Both the position numbers and the translations under genes were made by a program. From positions 1-64,000 of the forward strand of contig NW_021824832.1 in NCBI RefSeq assembly GCF_006345805.1: DNA of 64,000 nucleotides, written 5' to 3'. This document shows positions 13,298 to 25,264 of this stretch, in pieces (position 1 is the first letter of the stretch; every line of letters begins with the position of its first letter). The stretch is from Octopus sinensis. Its lineage: Eukaryota. Below the pieces are notes generated by a model, which was not told the DNA's origin, made no database searches, and saw only the letters and a program-made list of their open reading frames with translations.

Positions 13298-13618
13298 CTG
13301 TATGCGTGTGTGTATATGTTTGCGTGTCTGTGTTTGTCCCACCAACATCGCTTGACAACCGATGCTGTTGTGTTTACGTCCCCGTAACCTAGCGATTCTG
13401 CAAAAAAAGACCTGTAGAATAAGTACTATGTTTACAAAGAATAAGTCCGGGGGGGGGGTCGATTTGCTCCAGTATGGCCGCAGTCAAATCACTGAAACAT
13501 ATAAAAGAGTAAAAGAGTAAAAGATATGTACAGTACAGTATTGTTTCTGCTTCGCAAGATTTTCACCTATCGCGGGTGGTTTTGGAACGTAACGCCCGCG
13601 ATAGTCAAGGGATTACTG
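12930..13618. mobile_element. pogo/Tigger-like MITE, interrupted by a SINE-B
   Basis: Inverted termini TA|CAGTAATCCC ... GGGATTACTG|TA, and a sub-terminal CTATCGCGGG/CCCGCGATAG hairpin at 13567-13604. It could also be two separate fragments. Confidence 0.65.
13058..13522 (+). mobile_element. SINE family B (tRNA head + CORE-like domain + internal TA/TG microsatellite), 5'-truncated
   Basis: GTGGCACCTTG..AAGTGTCTTC core, then GAAAGAAGC(TA)n(TG)n, ending in a GTAAAAGA tail. Confidence 0.9.
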
Positions 13619-14037
13619 TACATATTTCAATTTTGGAGTTGCTCATATTTTGCCAATCACTTATTGTATTATTTTCTCATTCATTAATTTTATTTACGAT
13701 CAGTGTTTATAATTACCCTTCTATTCTTCTCTGTATCTATCCTTCTTTCTATAAACGTCTTTATATCTTCTTCTATTTCCACCCCTTCTCAATATCTCTG
13801 TAATGTATTTACTGTCATTTTTTACACGTCTTTATGTTTATTTCATTAATATGAACATGTACAGCTAAACAAACATATTTGTTTGTGTAGTATTTTTCTA
13901 TTCTTTCCTTTTTTTAACTTCACTCATTAATTCAAAATTTACGATTCTAAGTGAGTGTGTCTATTTATTTATATAAATGTATATGTGGGTGCATCTGTAA
14001 GTGCATGTACGTCAATGTTTATACATGTATAAAGGGT

Positions 14038-14363
14038 AAAGACCCCCTTCGGTCATGAGTGACCATGGGTTTGCACCTAGAGAGTTACCCTCTGAGGCAC
14101 AAGTCTGAGCAAGGTTGTTTTTATGGAAGACCAGTAGTCGCCCATGCATACCGGCCTCCCCTCTCCACGCCACCAGTGTTATCCAAGGGAAAGACAAAGG
14201 TCGATACAGCTTGGCACCTGTGACGTCGCAACTCGTTTCTACAGCTGAGTGAACTTGAGCAAGTGTCTTGCTCAAGAACACAACACGCAGCCCGGTCCAG
14301 GATTCGAGCTCACAACCTCACGATCGTAAGCTCGACGCTCTAACCACTGAGCCATGCGCCTTC
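14038..14363 (-). mobile_element. SINE family C (tRNA head + CORE-like domain), full length
   Basis: Minus-strand head GGCGCATGGCTCAGTGGTTAGAGCG...CTCGAATCC, then TGTGTTCTTGAGCAAGACACTT. Matches 47709-48035 and 59101-59447. Confidence 0.92.
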
Positions 14364-14367
14364 CTAT

Positions 14368-14406
<39 letters not shown>

Positions 14407-14516
14407 ATACGCGAGAGTAAACACATAATGTGTGAAACAAGGTGGAAAAAAGAGTACTCAAATACCAGTGGTAGAGTAATATGCTTTATTTTAAGCAGCA
14501 GAAAATTCAACAAAAT

Positions 14517-14554
14517 CTGTTACTCTGAGTTTCTCGTTGCCGTTCATCAGACAG
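14517..14554 (-). ncRNA. Minimal type I hammerhead ribozyme motif (mirror copy)
   Basis: Reverse complement reads CTGT-CTGATGA-ACGGCAACGA-GAAAC-TCAGA-GTA-ACAG, with quasi-palindromic stem III ACTC-A-GAGT intact. Confidence 0.78.
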
Positions 14555-14565
14555 TTTTTGCTAAA

Positions 14566-14603
14566 CTGTCTGATGAACGGCAACGAGAAACTCAGTGTAA
14601 CAG
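14566..14603 (+). ncRNA. Minimal type I hammerhead ribozyme motif
   Basis: CTGT-CTGATGA-ACGGCAACGA-GAAAC-TCAGT-GTA-ACAG: stem I CTGT/ACAG, both core boxes, GNRA-capped stem II and a GUA cleavage triplet. Confidence 0.75.
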
Positions 14604-14636
14604 ATTTTGTTGAATTTTCTGCTGCTTAAAATAAAG

Positions 14637-14717
<81 letters not shown>

Positions 14718-14912
14718 CACACTCACACATACTCAGACAGACATACACCTGTGTGTGTGTGTGTGTATACATGTAGATATATACGTGAAAATAAAATAAA
14801 GAGACAAGTGGTTTTAGGATAAACATCTTCCTCGAAAATGTGAAAGAGTTAATGTGATTCTCGGCACCAATTGTCTACTTTATTGAATGTAAACAAACGT
14901 CTTTGAACTTTG

Positions 14913-15605
14913 TTGTGTCAGGGGAGAGTCATTTTCTTTTTGTATCTTATAATTTAACACACTCACCGGTAAAATTTCCACTTATTTCTTATTATTCTTT
15001 TCCTAAAATTTTCGTTGCGTCTTGCAACCTTTTCAAGAGTGTTGGCTAAGAGTCAGAACTATTGAAAAGGTTGCAAGATTCAACAAAAATTTTAGAAAAA
15101 TAAAAATAAGTGGAAATTTTACTGGTGACTTTGTTAAATTATAAGGCACAAAAAGAAAATGACTCTCCCCAGACACAATAGAATATGTTTCAACACACGA
15201 ACTCACATAAAGAATCTCGCAAACCAAATCCAGAAACGAAATATAATAATCTTTAGCCAAGCTAGCAAGACACTGAGAAACACCGTGTCTTTGAATTTGT
15301 TTTACCCTATGGTCCACAACTATAAATTATATTTGGTCCCCTTTCCTGTTATATATAATTTTTAATTGTCAGTTTCATGGTACTCCTAAATTGTACATCT
15401 TATAAATCGGTACATTTCATTGCAATTTCAATGGCTAAAAATCAACCGATTAGTCAACGACTCATTATATCACTCTGAAGTCAATATGGACTGATGAGCG
15501 TCAGAAATGCGTAATGTACATGTAATTGCCCCCCAAAATTGTATACCGTCTAGAGCAAAACTAAGATTCTTAGCGAAGCAATTGCTGCAACATTACAATC
15601 GTTTG
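14913..15605. mobile_element. Probable Penelope-like element end: ~120-bp inverted repeat (14913-15036 vs 15062-15178) plus a one-sided extension
   Basis: The inverted arms are read directly. The Penelope assignment is inferred from the inverted terminal architecture and a hammerhead-like motif at the inner ends. Confidence 0.55.
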
Positions 15606-15621
15606 TTGTGTGTGTGTGTGT

Positions 15622-15659
<38 letters not shown>

Positions 15660-15790
15660 TCTGATATTAAGTAAAAAAAATCTCATCATTTATTGAACAT
15701 ACAATTAAAGATTGGTTACAGAATGAAATGTATTATATGTTTATTATGTATTATATATTTATTATATGTTGGGTAAAATACTAACTTTTA

Positions 15791-16024
15791 CCTATTTCTT
15801 TACTATCCACAAGGGACTAAACACAGAGGGGACAAACAAGGACAGACAAACGGATTAAGTCGATTATATCAACACCAGTGCGTAACTGTACTTATTTAAT
15901 CGACCCCGAAAGGATGAAAGGCGAAGTCCACCTCGGCGGAATTTGAACTGAGATCGTAACGGCTGACGAAATACCGCTAAGCATTTCGCCCGGCGTGCTA
16001 ACGTGTCTGCCAGCTCGCCGCCTT
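15791..16024 (-). mobile_element. SINE family A (full length)
   Basis: Matches the other A copies. Confidence 0.92.
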
Positions 16025-16039
16025 TAACAGTAATCCTTT

Positions 16040-16185
16040 CTACTATAGGCATAAGGAATGCAATTTGTGGGTAGGGGACTAATCGATTAGATCGACTCCA
16101 GTGTTTTACTGGTAGTTAAAGGATGAATGGCAAAGTCTTCCCCGGCAAAATTTGAACTTAGAACTTAACGACGACTGAAATATTC
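16040..16185 (-). mobile_element. Decayed SINE family A2
   Basis: TACTATAGGCATAAGG tail and AATTTGAACTTAGAAC B-box region. Confidence 0.7.
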
Positions 16186-16489
16186 AACCAACTATTAAAA
16201 ACTAGGCACTCCCTTAACTAAAAAAAATAAAGCCTTGTCTTTTTGTTAGCGAGTGACTTGAACGCTCTCAAGAAGAACTGAAATAAAACTCAAAGAAAAA
16301 AAAAACACATTTATAAATGATAATCTTCCTCGAGATCTTGTTTCTCCACTGGGGAATCTCTGAGTAGCCTCATTGACTAAAATATAAATATTATTAGTGT
16401 CTACTATGATATTGAGCATTCTTTCTTCTGACATTCAACATTAAAATCACACACATATAGACACACATAGACACACACACACACACATG

Positions 16490-16606
16490 TTTTACATTCT
16501 CTTCCTCCTAATTATCTTGGACTCTACCTCTTCCTTTCACTCCCTCTCTCTCTATCAGTCCTACTCTCTCTCTGTCACCCTGTCTTCATCTCTCTCCCCA
16601 AACAAC

Positions 16607-16662
<56 letters not shown>

Positions 16663-17300
16663 ACATTTCATTTGGCATACTCCTTTGGTATCTTATATTG
16701 AGATTGTTCTCATTTTATCTTGATTTCGTCCCCATTTTCAACTTCCTGCTTCCCTATTATTTTCTATCATCGCCTACTTACTCTTCTCATCTATCTCTTT
16801 CTCTTATACACTCTCCCTTATTTCTCTATCTTCACTTCTTTCTCTTCCTCTATTTCACTCTTTTCCGTATATCTTAATCTTATCCTCCCAAAATTACTCT
16901 TTCTCCCCTTCGTCGAATCTTTCCCCACTCCTCTCGTTCTTCTCTCATATTCTCTATCTTATAATCTTTTTCTTGTTACCCTCCCCCATAATTGCTTTCT
17001 CCCATCTAATATATAATTCTCTATGTCCAAATATAGATTACATACTCTATCACTATTCTCACTCGTTTCCTTTCTCTTTTCATTCCACCACGTATATTTA
17101 CGAAACAAGTTCATCATGTCTGTCTCATTCCCACCCTCTCCATCTTTCTCTCTCTCTCTCTTTCCTTCTCTCTCTCTCATTACCAGCGTCTCTACGTTTC
17201 TCCATCTCACAACTCTCTCGTTTTCTACCAATCATACCTCTGTCTTTATCGTTTCAATATGTGGCTTCTTTTACTTCTTATTTCACGCCCAACACATGCC
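16490..17300. repeat. Pyrimidine-rich (CT) low-complexity tract including pure (CT)n at 16610-16657
   Basis: Direct reading. Confidence 0.85.
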
Positions 17301-17399
17301 ATGCCCCTAACTGCTTAAGATGAATATGAGAGAATCTGATAAAACATTTAATCGTCTTATCTTACAAGAAAGAAATAACAAAATGACATGGGCAGGAAG

Positions 17400-17439
17400 C
17401 CGTATAATAATAATAATAATAATAGTAATAATAATAATA

Positions 17440-17484
<45 letters not shown>

Positions 17485-17506
17485 GATGATGATGATGCTG
17501 ACGATG

Positions 17507-17553
<47 letters not shown>

Positions 17554-17584
17554 CATAATAATAATAATAATAATAATAATAATC

Positions 17585-17631
<47 letters not shown>

Positions 17632-17730
17632 TAGATAATACAACCACTACTACCAACACCACTACTACTACTACTCCTGCTGCTGCTGCTACTGTTATTA
17701 TTACTACTACTACTACTACTAGTAGTAGGA
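17400..17730. repeat. Compound (AAT)n/(GAT)n/(TAC)n array
   Basis: Direct reading. Confidence 0.95.
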
Positions 17731-20084
17731 GTAGTAGTCACAGGAACCCATTCATTTTTACAAAGGACTTACAAAATCTTGGGGCACGTACAATCGCGGT
17801 TAATGGTTGTGAACGGAAGCGTTGTACAATGTATTATGTATACAATATAGTTGAGGAATTTGACGATCTCGATAAAATAAATTATACACAAATAGAAAGA
17901 CAACTTCATATATGTACATGAAGATACGTACATACAGGATAACACAAATATGCACGTGTGAGAGTTTTGATCTATGGACACCCAAATAAGATTTACCTAG
18001 ACATTTTCCTTTATTTTCGTACTAGAAGCCGGTACTCCTCTGGACGGTGCCTGTGAATTCTTTGGGTATTGAACATGGCATCAAGCTACTTCCTTTGAAT
18101 TATTGCACTCCATCCGCGCATACAATTTTAATGCTCGTTTTCGTTTACCGATTGTTTATGATTCAAATAATTCTCAAAATTAACCCAAATATGGACATCA
18201 ATAATTACTAAAAGGCAACTTCACTGTAGTTACTGTGCAGAAAATATCTCTATAGAAATATTTTCAGTAACTGCAGTGAAGTTGAAATATGTCACAAACA
18301 TATTTTAACTAACCTAAAGTTTGCTTATACCTAAACACTGATTGGCGCTAACATTTCATCAATTCTTACATTGATTCGTTGTTCTTCCTTAATTTGTTCA
18401 ATGGATCCGTTATTTCTTCGCTGGTTATTTAATTGTAAATTTTGCGCAACGTCGTAGGGGCGGTATCCTCTTAATGTGTTCTTACCTGTCTTCAGTTTCG
18501 ACTCTAATTTCTGTTTGACTCCCTCACCTTCACACACACACACACACTTATTTTGTTCGTAGTGTTTCCGATAGTTTGCCAGATCCCTTATTTTTGCATT
18601 CTAACGCAATGCTTATAGGGCGTCTGTGTGGTTCAACCGGTCAAAACCTCTAGTCAGCTGAATATAGCGAACTTTTTCGGTTTGTTAGTCGTTCGCTTCT
18701 GGTCTTGAGGATGTGATATTTATTTTTCACTCTTTGGGTGATGACGAATTGTAGTGATTACTAAAATGTATCTATTCTAGTCTTTGCTACCTTTTTATTT
18801 TATTTTTCTTGCACTGCTGTTGTACATTTCCTTCTTCCTTTGCTTAACTTCCGTTTCTGGCCATAAAGCTCTTAAGTACATCTTTCTCCCACATATATAC
18901 CAGCTTCTTCTGTGCTAGTACGCGTGTGAATGCAAATAGAATATATTTCTCCGATTGATATTGTCCGTAGAAGGCAATTCTTTGGTAGTCTTCGGAAGCC
19001 ATTATATCTTGCATGTTCATTTACACAACACACCTAACCCTATTTTTGCCTTTTACATCTACGCTTGCGTACTGCCAGTATTTTTGCCCAAATGCCTGAT
19101 TATACACGAAGCAATCCATATCGATACTCTAACCGAAACCCATCTCACAATATAAACAATACAATCATTGAGAAGGAACGGGTAGAGTACAGCAGCTCTC
19201 AAAGTTTTCTCGTCCCATCTATAGTCAACACAGCAAGTACATACTTCCATACGTCCGCATCGATAAAGTAGATATTATATCATAACTCAGCCAGTGTTTC
19301 CTCTGCTGATCCTTGTATGGTGGCACGGAGAAACTCAGCTCATTCTTCGACAAGCTGACGTAATTTCCTCCTTGCTATTTCCTTGAGAAAATCTTCCCGA
19401 CAAGTAGACATATTCAGTTTAAAATGCTTCTCCCATGCTTTCTTTTTTTTTTCTTTTTTGCAGGACCTGATCCATACGGAACCCTTCCATCTGGCTCACG
19501 ACGGTCATACAACACGTTCTGCCGTCGTTGGTTTCTCCGTGAAAATCTAATGAAAACATTAGATTGTTGTCACCCACCTATGTGTATCAAAGTGTAAAAT
19601 CTGGATTTACAAATGTTTACGCTTGTCGAATCGCTTTCTGACTGTTTACATAACTATGCTTGTTTGTTCAATAGTTCTAATTACATATTTTGATTGTGTT
19701 TACCTTGTTTTGAGATTTTATTTATAATTTTTCGTTCGCGGCGTATTTACTGCTCTAACTAGCAAACCTTACAGCACCACCAAAATAAGCTATGTTGAAA
19801 CACAAATAAACGAGTGCGAAGGGTAAATCATATTTTTGCTTCAAGATAAGAAGGTGTGCATTCAAACGTTCCTCAATTACTTGCTAACAAAATGAAACAA
19901 AACAACACTTACTTTCCATCAAAATAAACTTGATAAATCTTTCGCGGAATTGCGTTAAACACATCAAACCGGTACAAAAACACACGAACGCCGTTAACAC
20001 TACCTCCACCAAAGACACCACTACCAACAACAACAACAACATCAACAATAGCTACTTTGTTTTAGTATTAATTTTTGAAGTGGA

Positions 20085-20197
20085 TAATTAAAACTACCAC
20101 CACCACTATCCCGACCATGACCAATACCACCACAGTTACAAGTAATAGTAACAACAGCAAAAATACTATAAGTAGTAGTAGTAGTAGTAGTAGTGGT

Positions 20198-20260
<63 letters not shown>
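20085..20260. repeat. (ACC/TAG)n trinucleotide array
   Basis: Direct reading. Confidence 0.9.
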
Positions 20261-20687
20261 TATAATCTTATATCTTTTCAAGATGTCTCTCGATGTGACA
20301 ATCTGCTCGAGGTAATAACAAGAGATAAAAGCTAACGATCAGACAGATATACGGCTAATCATGTTATTGGCGTTTAGTGTAAAATGCGAATTTACGTAAA
20401 AGTCCGTCTGCTAGACAGTTCTGTGTGTTTATGTGTATATATGTGCATATCCATATATATATATATGTCTGTGTGTGTGTGAGTATGCGTGTGTATATGT
20501 TTGTGTGGAAACTGAATCACAGCCAGCACATACACACGTGAAAAAAGCTCACCTGTACAAACCATTATACTGATAATGATCACTGTTTTACAGACGTTGA
20601 TCTCAGTCCAATAATTCGTTTGAAGTACTTTGTGTTGTTTCCTTTTCTCCTTTTAACTCTTTGGCTATCTCAATCTATACTAGTATT

Positions 20688-20722
<35 letters not shown>

Positions 20723-21507
20723 TATGATATAATAATATGATATATATATATATATCTATATATATATATAATATATATAATTATATATATATATATATCA
20801 TTTATGTATATATACATAATATATTATATGTATAATACGTATGTATGTACGTCATACATATGTATATATATATACATTAATAAGTGTATGTATGTGTGTA
20901 TATGTATGCATGTATTTGTAGGTGTAGGTATATATGTATATATATAAATGATATATATATATCTATCTGTGTGTGTACATGTGTGTATATAAATATATAT
21001 ACATATATATATACACACACACACATCCCTTCAATATTTTACATATTTAGTTGTATCTTTTGCGTTTATTTCATTTATAAACTTAATTTCTGCTCTTTTC
21101 TTTTCTCCTAATTTTCAATAATAATTTTCACCTTGGCTGCAAGGACATATATTTTAGGAGAAGAACAAGTGTCGGTCAAATCACGTCTCATTACATTACT
21201 TAAATAGCTTCTACCTTATCTATATTTAAAAACAAAACAAAAAGAAAAAATAATAAAAAACAAACGCAAATTGGCAGGAGTGAAAAACTGAAATTGTTAA
21301 GGGACCTAAGAAAATACTCAAAGGAATACAAACGGATAATAGTGCTAGTGGTCTGGAAGTATGCTCTCCAACAGTGCATTTCTCCATCCGATACTTGTTG
21401 GTGATACCTTACTCCGGCTGGATGGCACCTTTGCGCCACTCAGGTCACAATCCTTCAAAACATGGTTTGGGTAATCGTTGTTGTCTTTAAAAATATATAA
21501 ATTGTAA

Positions 21508-21920
21508 GCGAGCTGGCAGAATCGTTAGCATGCCGGGCGGAATGCTTAGCGGTATTTCGTCTGCCGCTACGTTCTGAGTTCAAATTCCGCCGAGGTCGTC
21601 TTTGCCTTTCTTCTTTTCGGGGTCGATTAATTTAAGTACCAGTTACGCACTGGGGGTCGATATAATCGATTTAATCCGTTTGTCTGTCCTTGTTTGTCCT
21701 CTCTGTGTTTAGCCCCTTGTGGGTCGTAAAGAAATAGCTATTTCGTCTGCCGCTACGTTCTGAGTTCAAATTCCGCCGAGGTCGACTTTACCTTTCATCC
21801 TTTTGGGGTCGATAAATTAAGTACCAGTTACGCACTGGGGATCGACATAATCGACTTAATCCGTTTGTCTGTCTTTATTTGTCCCCTCTATGTTTAGCCC
21901 CTTGTGGGCAATAAAGAAAT
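21508..21920 (+). mobile_element. SINE family A tandem dimer (full unit + head-less unit)
   Basis: Unit 1 spans 21508-21737. Unit 2 restarts at TATTTCGTCTGCCGCTACG (about 21739) and ends AAAGAAATA. Confidence 0.92.
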
Positions 21921-22070
21921 AAGAAGCTTGCTTTCCAACTACATGGGTCTAGCCTCAGTCCCACTGTGTGGCACCTTCGACAAGTGTCTTCTTCCATAGC
22001 CTCAGACCGACCAATGACTCTGAATGTATTTGGTAGATGGAAATTGAAAGAAGCCCGCCGCACATACATA
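21921..22070 (+). mobile_element. SINE family B 5' half, running into (TA)n
   Basis: AGAAGCTTGCTTTCCAAC...GTGGCACCTT...GAAAGAAGCCCG. Confidence 0.85.
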
Positions 22071-22100
22071 TATATATATACATATATACATATATATATA

Positions 22101-22159
<59 letters not shown>

Positions 22160-22559
22160 ATGAGAGTTTAGATAATCAAACGAATGGTTTATACCAAGTA
22201 GCTTACTGGTAAAGCACAGTCACTTTCACACTGTTCGTTATGTATCTGATTAATTAGAGGCGGAAGAGTTTTCAGTAATCACTACAATCGTTTCGATACT
22301 TGTATAATCGATACTTCACGGGTGGGATACTTAACAGCTGCTTCAGGTGCATCCGACGGTGCAGACGTGTCTCTTTCGATGATGACGTATTGTAGTGATT
22401 ACTAAAAGCTCTTCTCGTATCTTCCATCTTCCGTCTCTCATTAACCATGGGTGCGTGTGTTTGTGTATGTGCGTGAGTGTGTTCGTGTGTGTGTGTGTGT
22501 GTATGTGTGTGTGTGTGCGTGTGTGTGTGTGTGTAAGACAGAGAGAGAGAGAGAGTCGA

Positions 22560-22745
22560 TGTCTCCGTTTTTGTCCACCATCACCACTTAAAAATGGGTA
22601 TTGTTGTGTTTATATTCTCGTAACTTAGCGGTTCAGCAAACGGTCAATAGAATAAGTACTAGGTTTTAAAAAACATAAGTTCTGGGGTAGATTTTTGTTC
22701 CAGAATGGCCGCAGCCAAATAACTGAAACAATTAAAAGATTAGAA
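22560..22745 (+). mobile_element. SINE family B 3' half
   Basis: GTAACTTAGCGGTTC...AGAATAAGTACTAGG...ATGGCCGCAG..AAATAACTGAAAC. A further fragment lies at 22780-22920. Confidence 0.8.
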
Positions 22746-23708
22746 AAGTAAAATAAAATATATGTTGGCGGGGGGCGGGTTTGTGTCTTTGTGTTTGTCC
22801 TCTAACACATCCTGACAACCATTACTGAGTAATTTACGTTCGCATAACTTAGCGGTTCAGCAAAAGTAATCATTTTAGTACGTATCAGACTTAAACATAA
22901 GTACTGTGGTTGACCAATGACTAAAAGAAATGAAAGATAACAAAATATGTAACGAAATGCATCAACGGGTGACGGGAGTCTTTTTCTTAGCCGTACGTAC
23001 TCTAAATTACCACTAGAAATTATCTCAAATCATGGGAAATATGTTTATATAGGGATGAGAAATATAGTTTTTGACAAAATAATAAATAAATAAATAAATA
23101 GTATGATGACCACGCCAAGTGTAATTTTTGCAATAGATGAGCTGATCAGGGCAGAGTTGTGGCTAAACAACATCGGCAGCAGCAAATTAAAACTAATTTA
23201 AAATTTGTATTGAACCTGTATTAAGGTGATTTTTGTAAATTACATTACATCGTTTCTCATCTGAGCCAAGTTTTACTGACTTTCTCTAGGCATGAGATAG
23301 AAATAGTGAAGTATAGACTCAGTGATATCGATCTGTGCATTCTCAAATCCAGTGCTGCGAGCTTGTTCCTAACCACCTGTTTCAAATATCTTAATATCTG
23401 CTGTCATGAAATTATAGGCTGCCGATTGACGATCATGTCCTTCTAGTTCGAGTGCTCACGTCTTTAAAGGAATCATTATTGAGTTGCTTTAAACACAATA
23501 TTCGGATATGTACACACACACATACACATGGGAGTGTGTGAAAGTACCTTCACTACCTCTCAGGTTCCGTTGTCTTGTACGGCTGAGGTAACACCTGAAT
23601 TATTTCTATTAATACAAATCACACATTTTATCAAATCGATACCTTCTACACAATTCCTTGATGAACTTATCCTATATTAAGTTATAGTGTTGAATTACCT
23701 GTGTCAAG

Positions 23709-23921
23709 AAGGCGGCGAGCTGGTAGAAACGTTAGCACGCTGGGCGAAATGCGTAGCCGTATTTCGTCTGCCGTTACGTTCTGAGTTCAAATTCCGCCGA
23801 GGTCGACTTTGCCTTTCATCTTTTCGGGGTCGATAAATTAAGTACCAGTTACGCACTGGAGTTGATATCTGTCCTTGTTTGTCCCGTCTGTGTTTAGCCT
23901 CTCGTGGGTAGTAAAGAAATA
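23709..23921 (+). mobile_element. SINE family A with small internal deletion
   Basis: GGCGGCGAGCTGGTAGAAACGTTAG...GTAGTAAAGAAATA. Confidence 0.92.
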
Positions 23922-24865
23922 ATTAAGTTATATGTCTGAATATAAGAAGGCATGCTTAAAAATAGATATTGGTGTCTTCTACCGCATCTGACTTTAGGCA
24001 AAAGACAAAAAAAAATTGTAAATCATATCTAAATGCGTAATTCCCTTAAGCCGCCTAATTCGAAAACCTCAGATTGAATGTTACTGAGTTGGGGTATATA
24101 AACGCAAACATTACGTAGAAAATGCGCGGCGTAATTGTGTACAAAGATAAATCAAGGTATTTTTCAATATCAAATCGATATTTTAACATGGATATTCGAT
24201 ATAGGTATTTTATTAAATGCTATTGCGAGGTCATCTCCAGTACATCCCGTAATCATTCTGAACTGTGTTCCATTAAGAGGTTAGGAATTTTTTTAATGCT
24301 GGAGAATATTGTGAGTATAGTTTCTTGACAGGTACGAATGTTCTGATTTAATTATATTTGCGTTATGCTAAACACAATATTAACTCCTTGGAATGCATCT
24401 TTTGCAATTCTCCGTCCAATCTCTTAAATTTTTAGGAATGAGTAAAATGTACTCCTGCGTACTATGTTTCAGGAATCAGCTTTTGTGATTTATTATTTAC
24501 ACACACCGACATACTTCGCACACAATTTTCCATGTCTCTCAACATCAATAGTTCACATATAAAATCGATTAATATATCTACGACTACCAACTAATCTGTT
24601 TTGAGCTTTTCCATAATTACTTTACTCCTATATTGACTACCAAACGCCACCTACAAAGCCCGCCCTTGTAAAATATTTAGATGCAATTCTTTCTTGTTGT
24701 AGACTCCATTTTTTTCTCATTTCTCCTTCTTCAGCTCTCGCACTTGATCTCACAAATGCCGAACAATAAATCCTAACAGCAGATAATGAGTCTCCGATAC
24801 GGTTTACAATCATTTTAGAACTCACAACAAAACTTTCTTTTGCCGGTATATGTTTCTTACACTGC

Positions 24866-24920
<55 letters not shown>

Positions 24921-25199
24921 GTTTAATTTATTACGGTTTAATTGCAGGGGTCTAGAATACAGTTCTTCTATGATTAAAAGCGTTTCAGATATGACCATCT
25001 CGTTCATTTTCAGGCATTGTATACTCTATATTTCATTGTGCTCTTTTTCAAAATATGGTAAAAATATGATCTGAGGAAGATAAAAGTTAGGTTGCTCTTC
25101 TCCGTAAAGCAATGTATCACATTCAAGTTATCTAGCAGACCTACTTATGCTGTTTTAAATGTACGCCCGTATGTCTGCACAAACACACATACATAGGCG

Positions 25200-25264
<65 letters not shown>

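Larger units (their letters stand above)
14481..14639. repeat. Near-perfect palindrome (77-bp arms, 5-nt loop) made of two inverted Penelope-type ends
   Basis: 14481-14557 is the reverse complement of 14563-14639, with 2 mismatches counted by eye. Confidence 0.95.

Noticed and set aside
18738-18770. C/D box snoRNA (RTGATGA)
   Set aside because: No D box or terminal stem at a suitable distance; the motif belongs to a small repeat.
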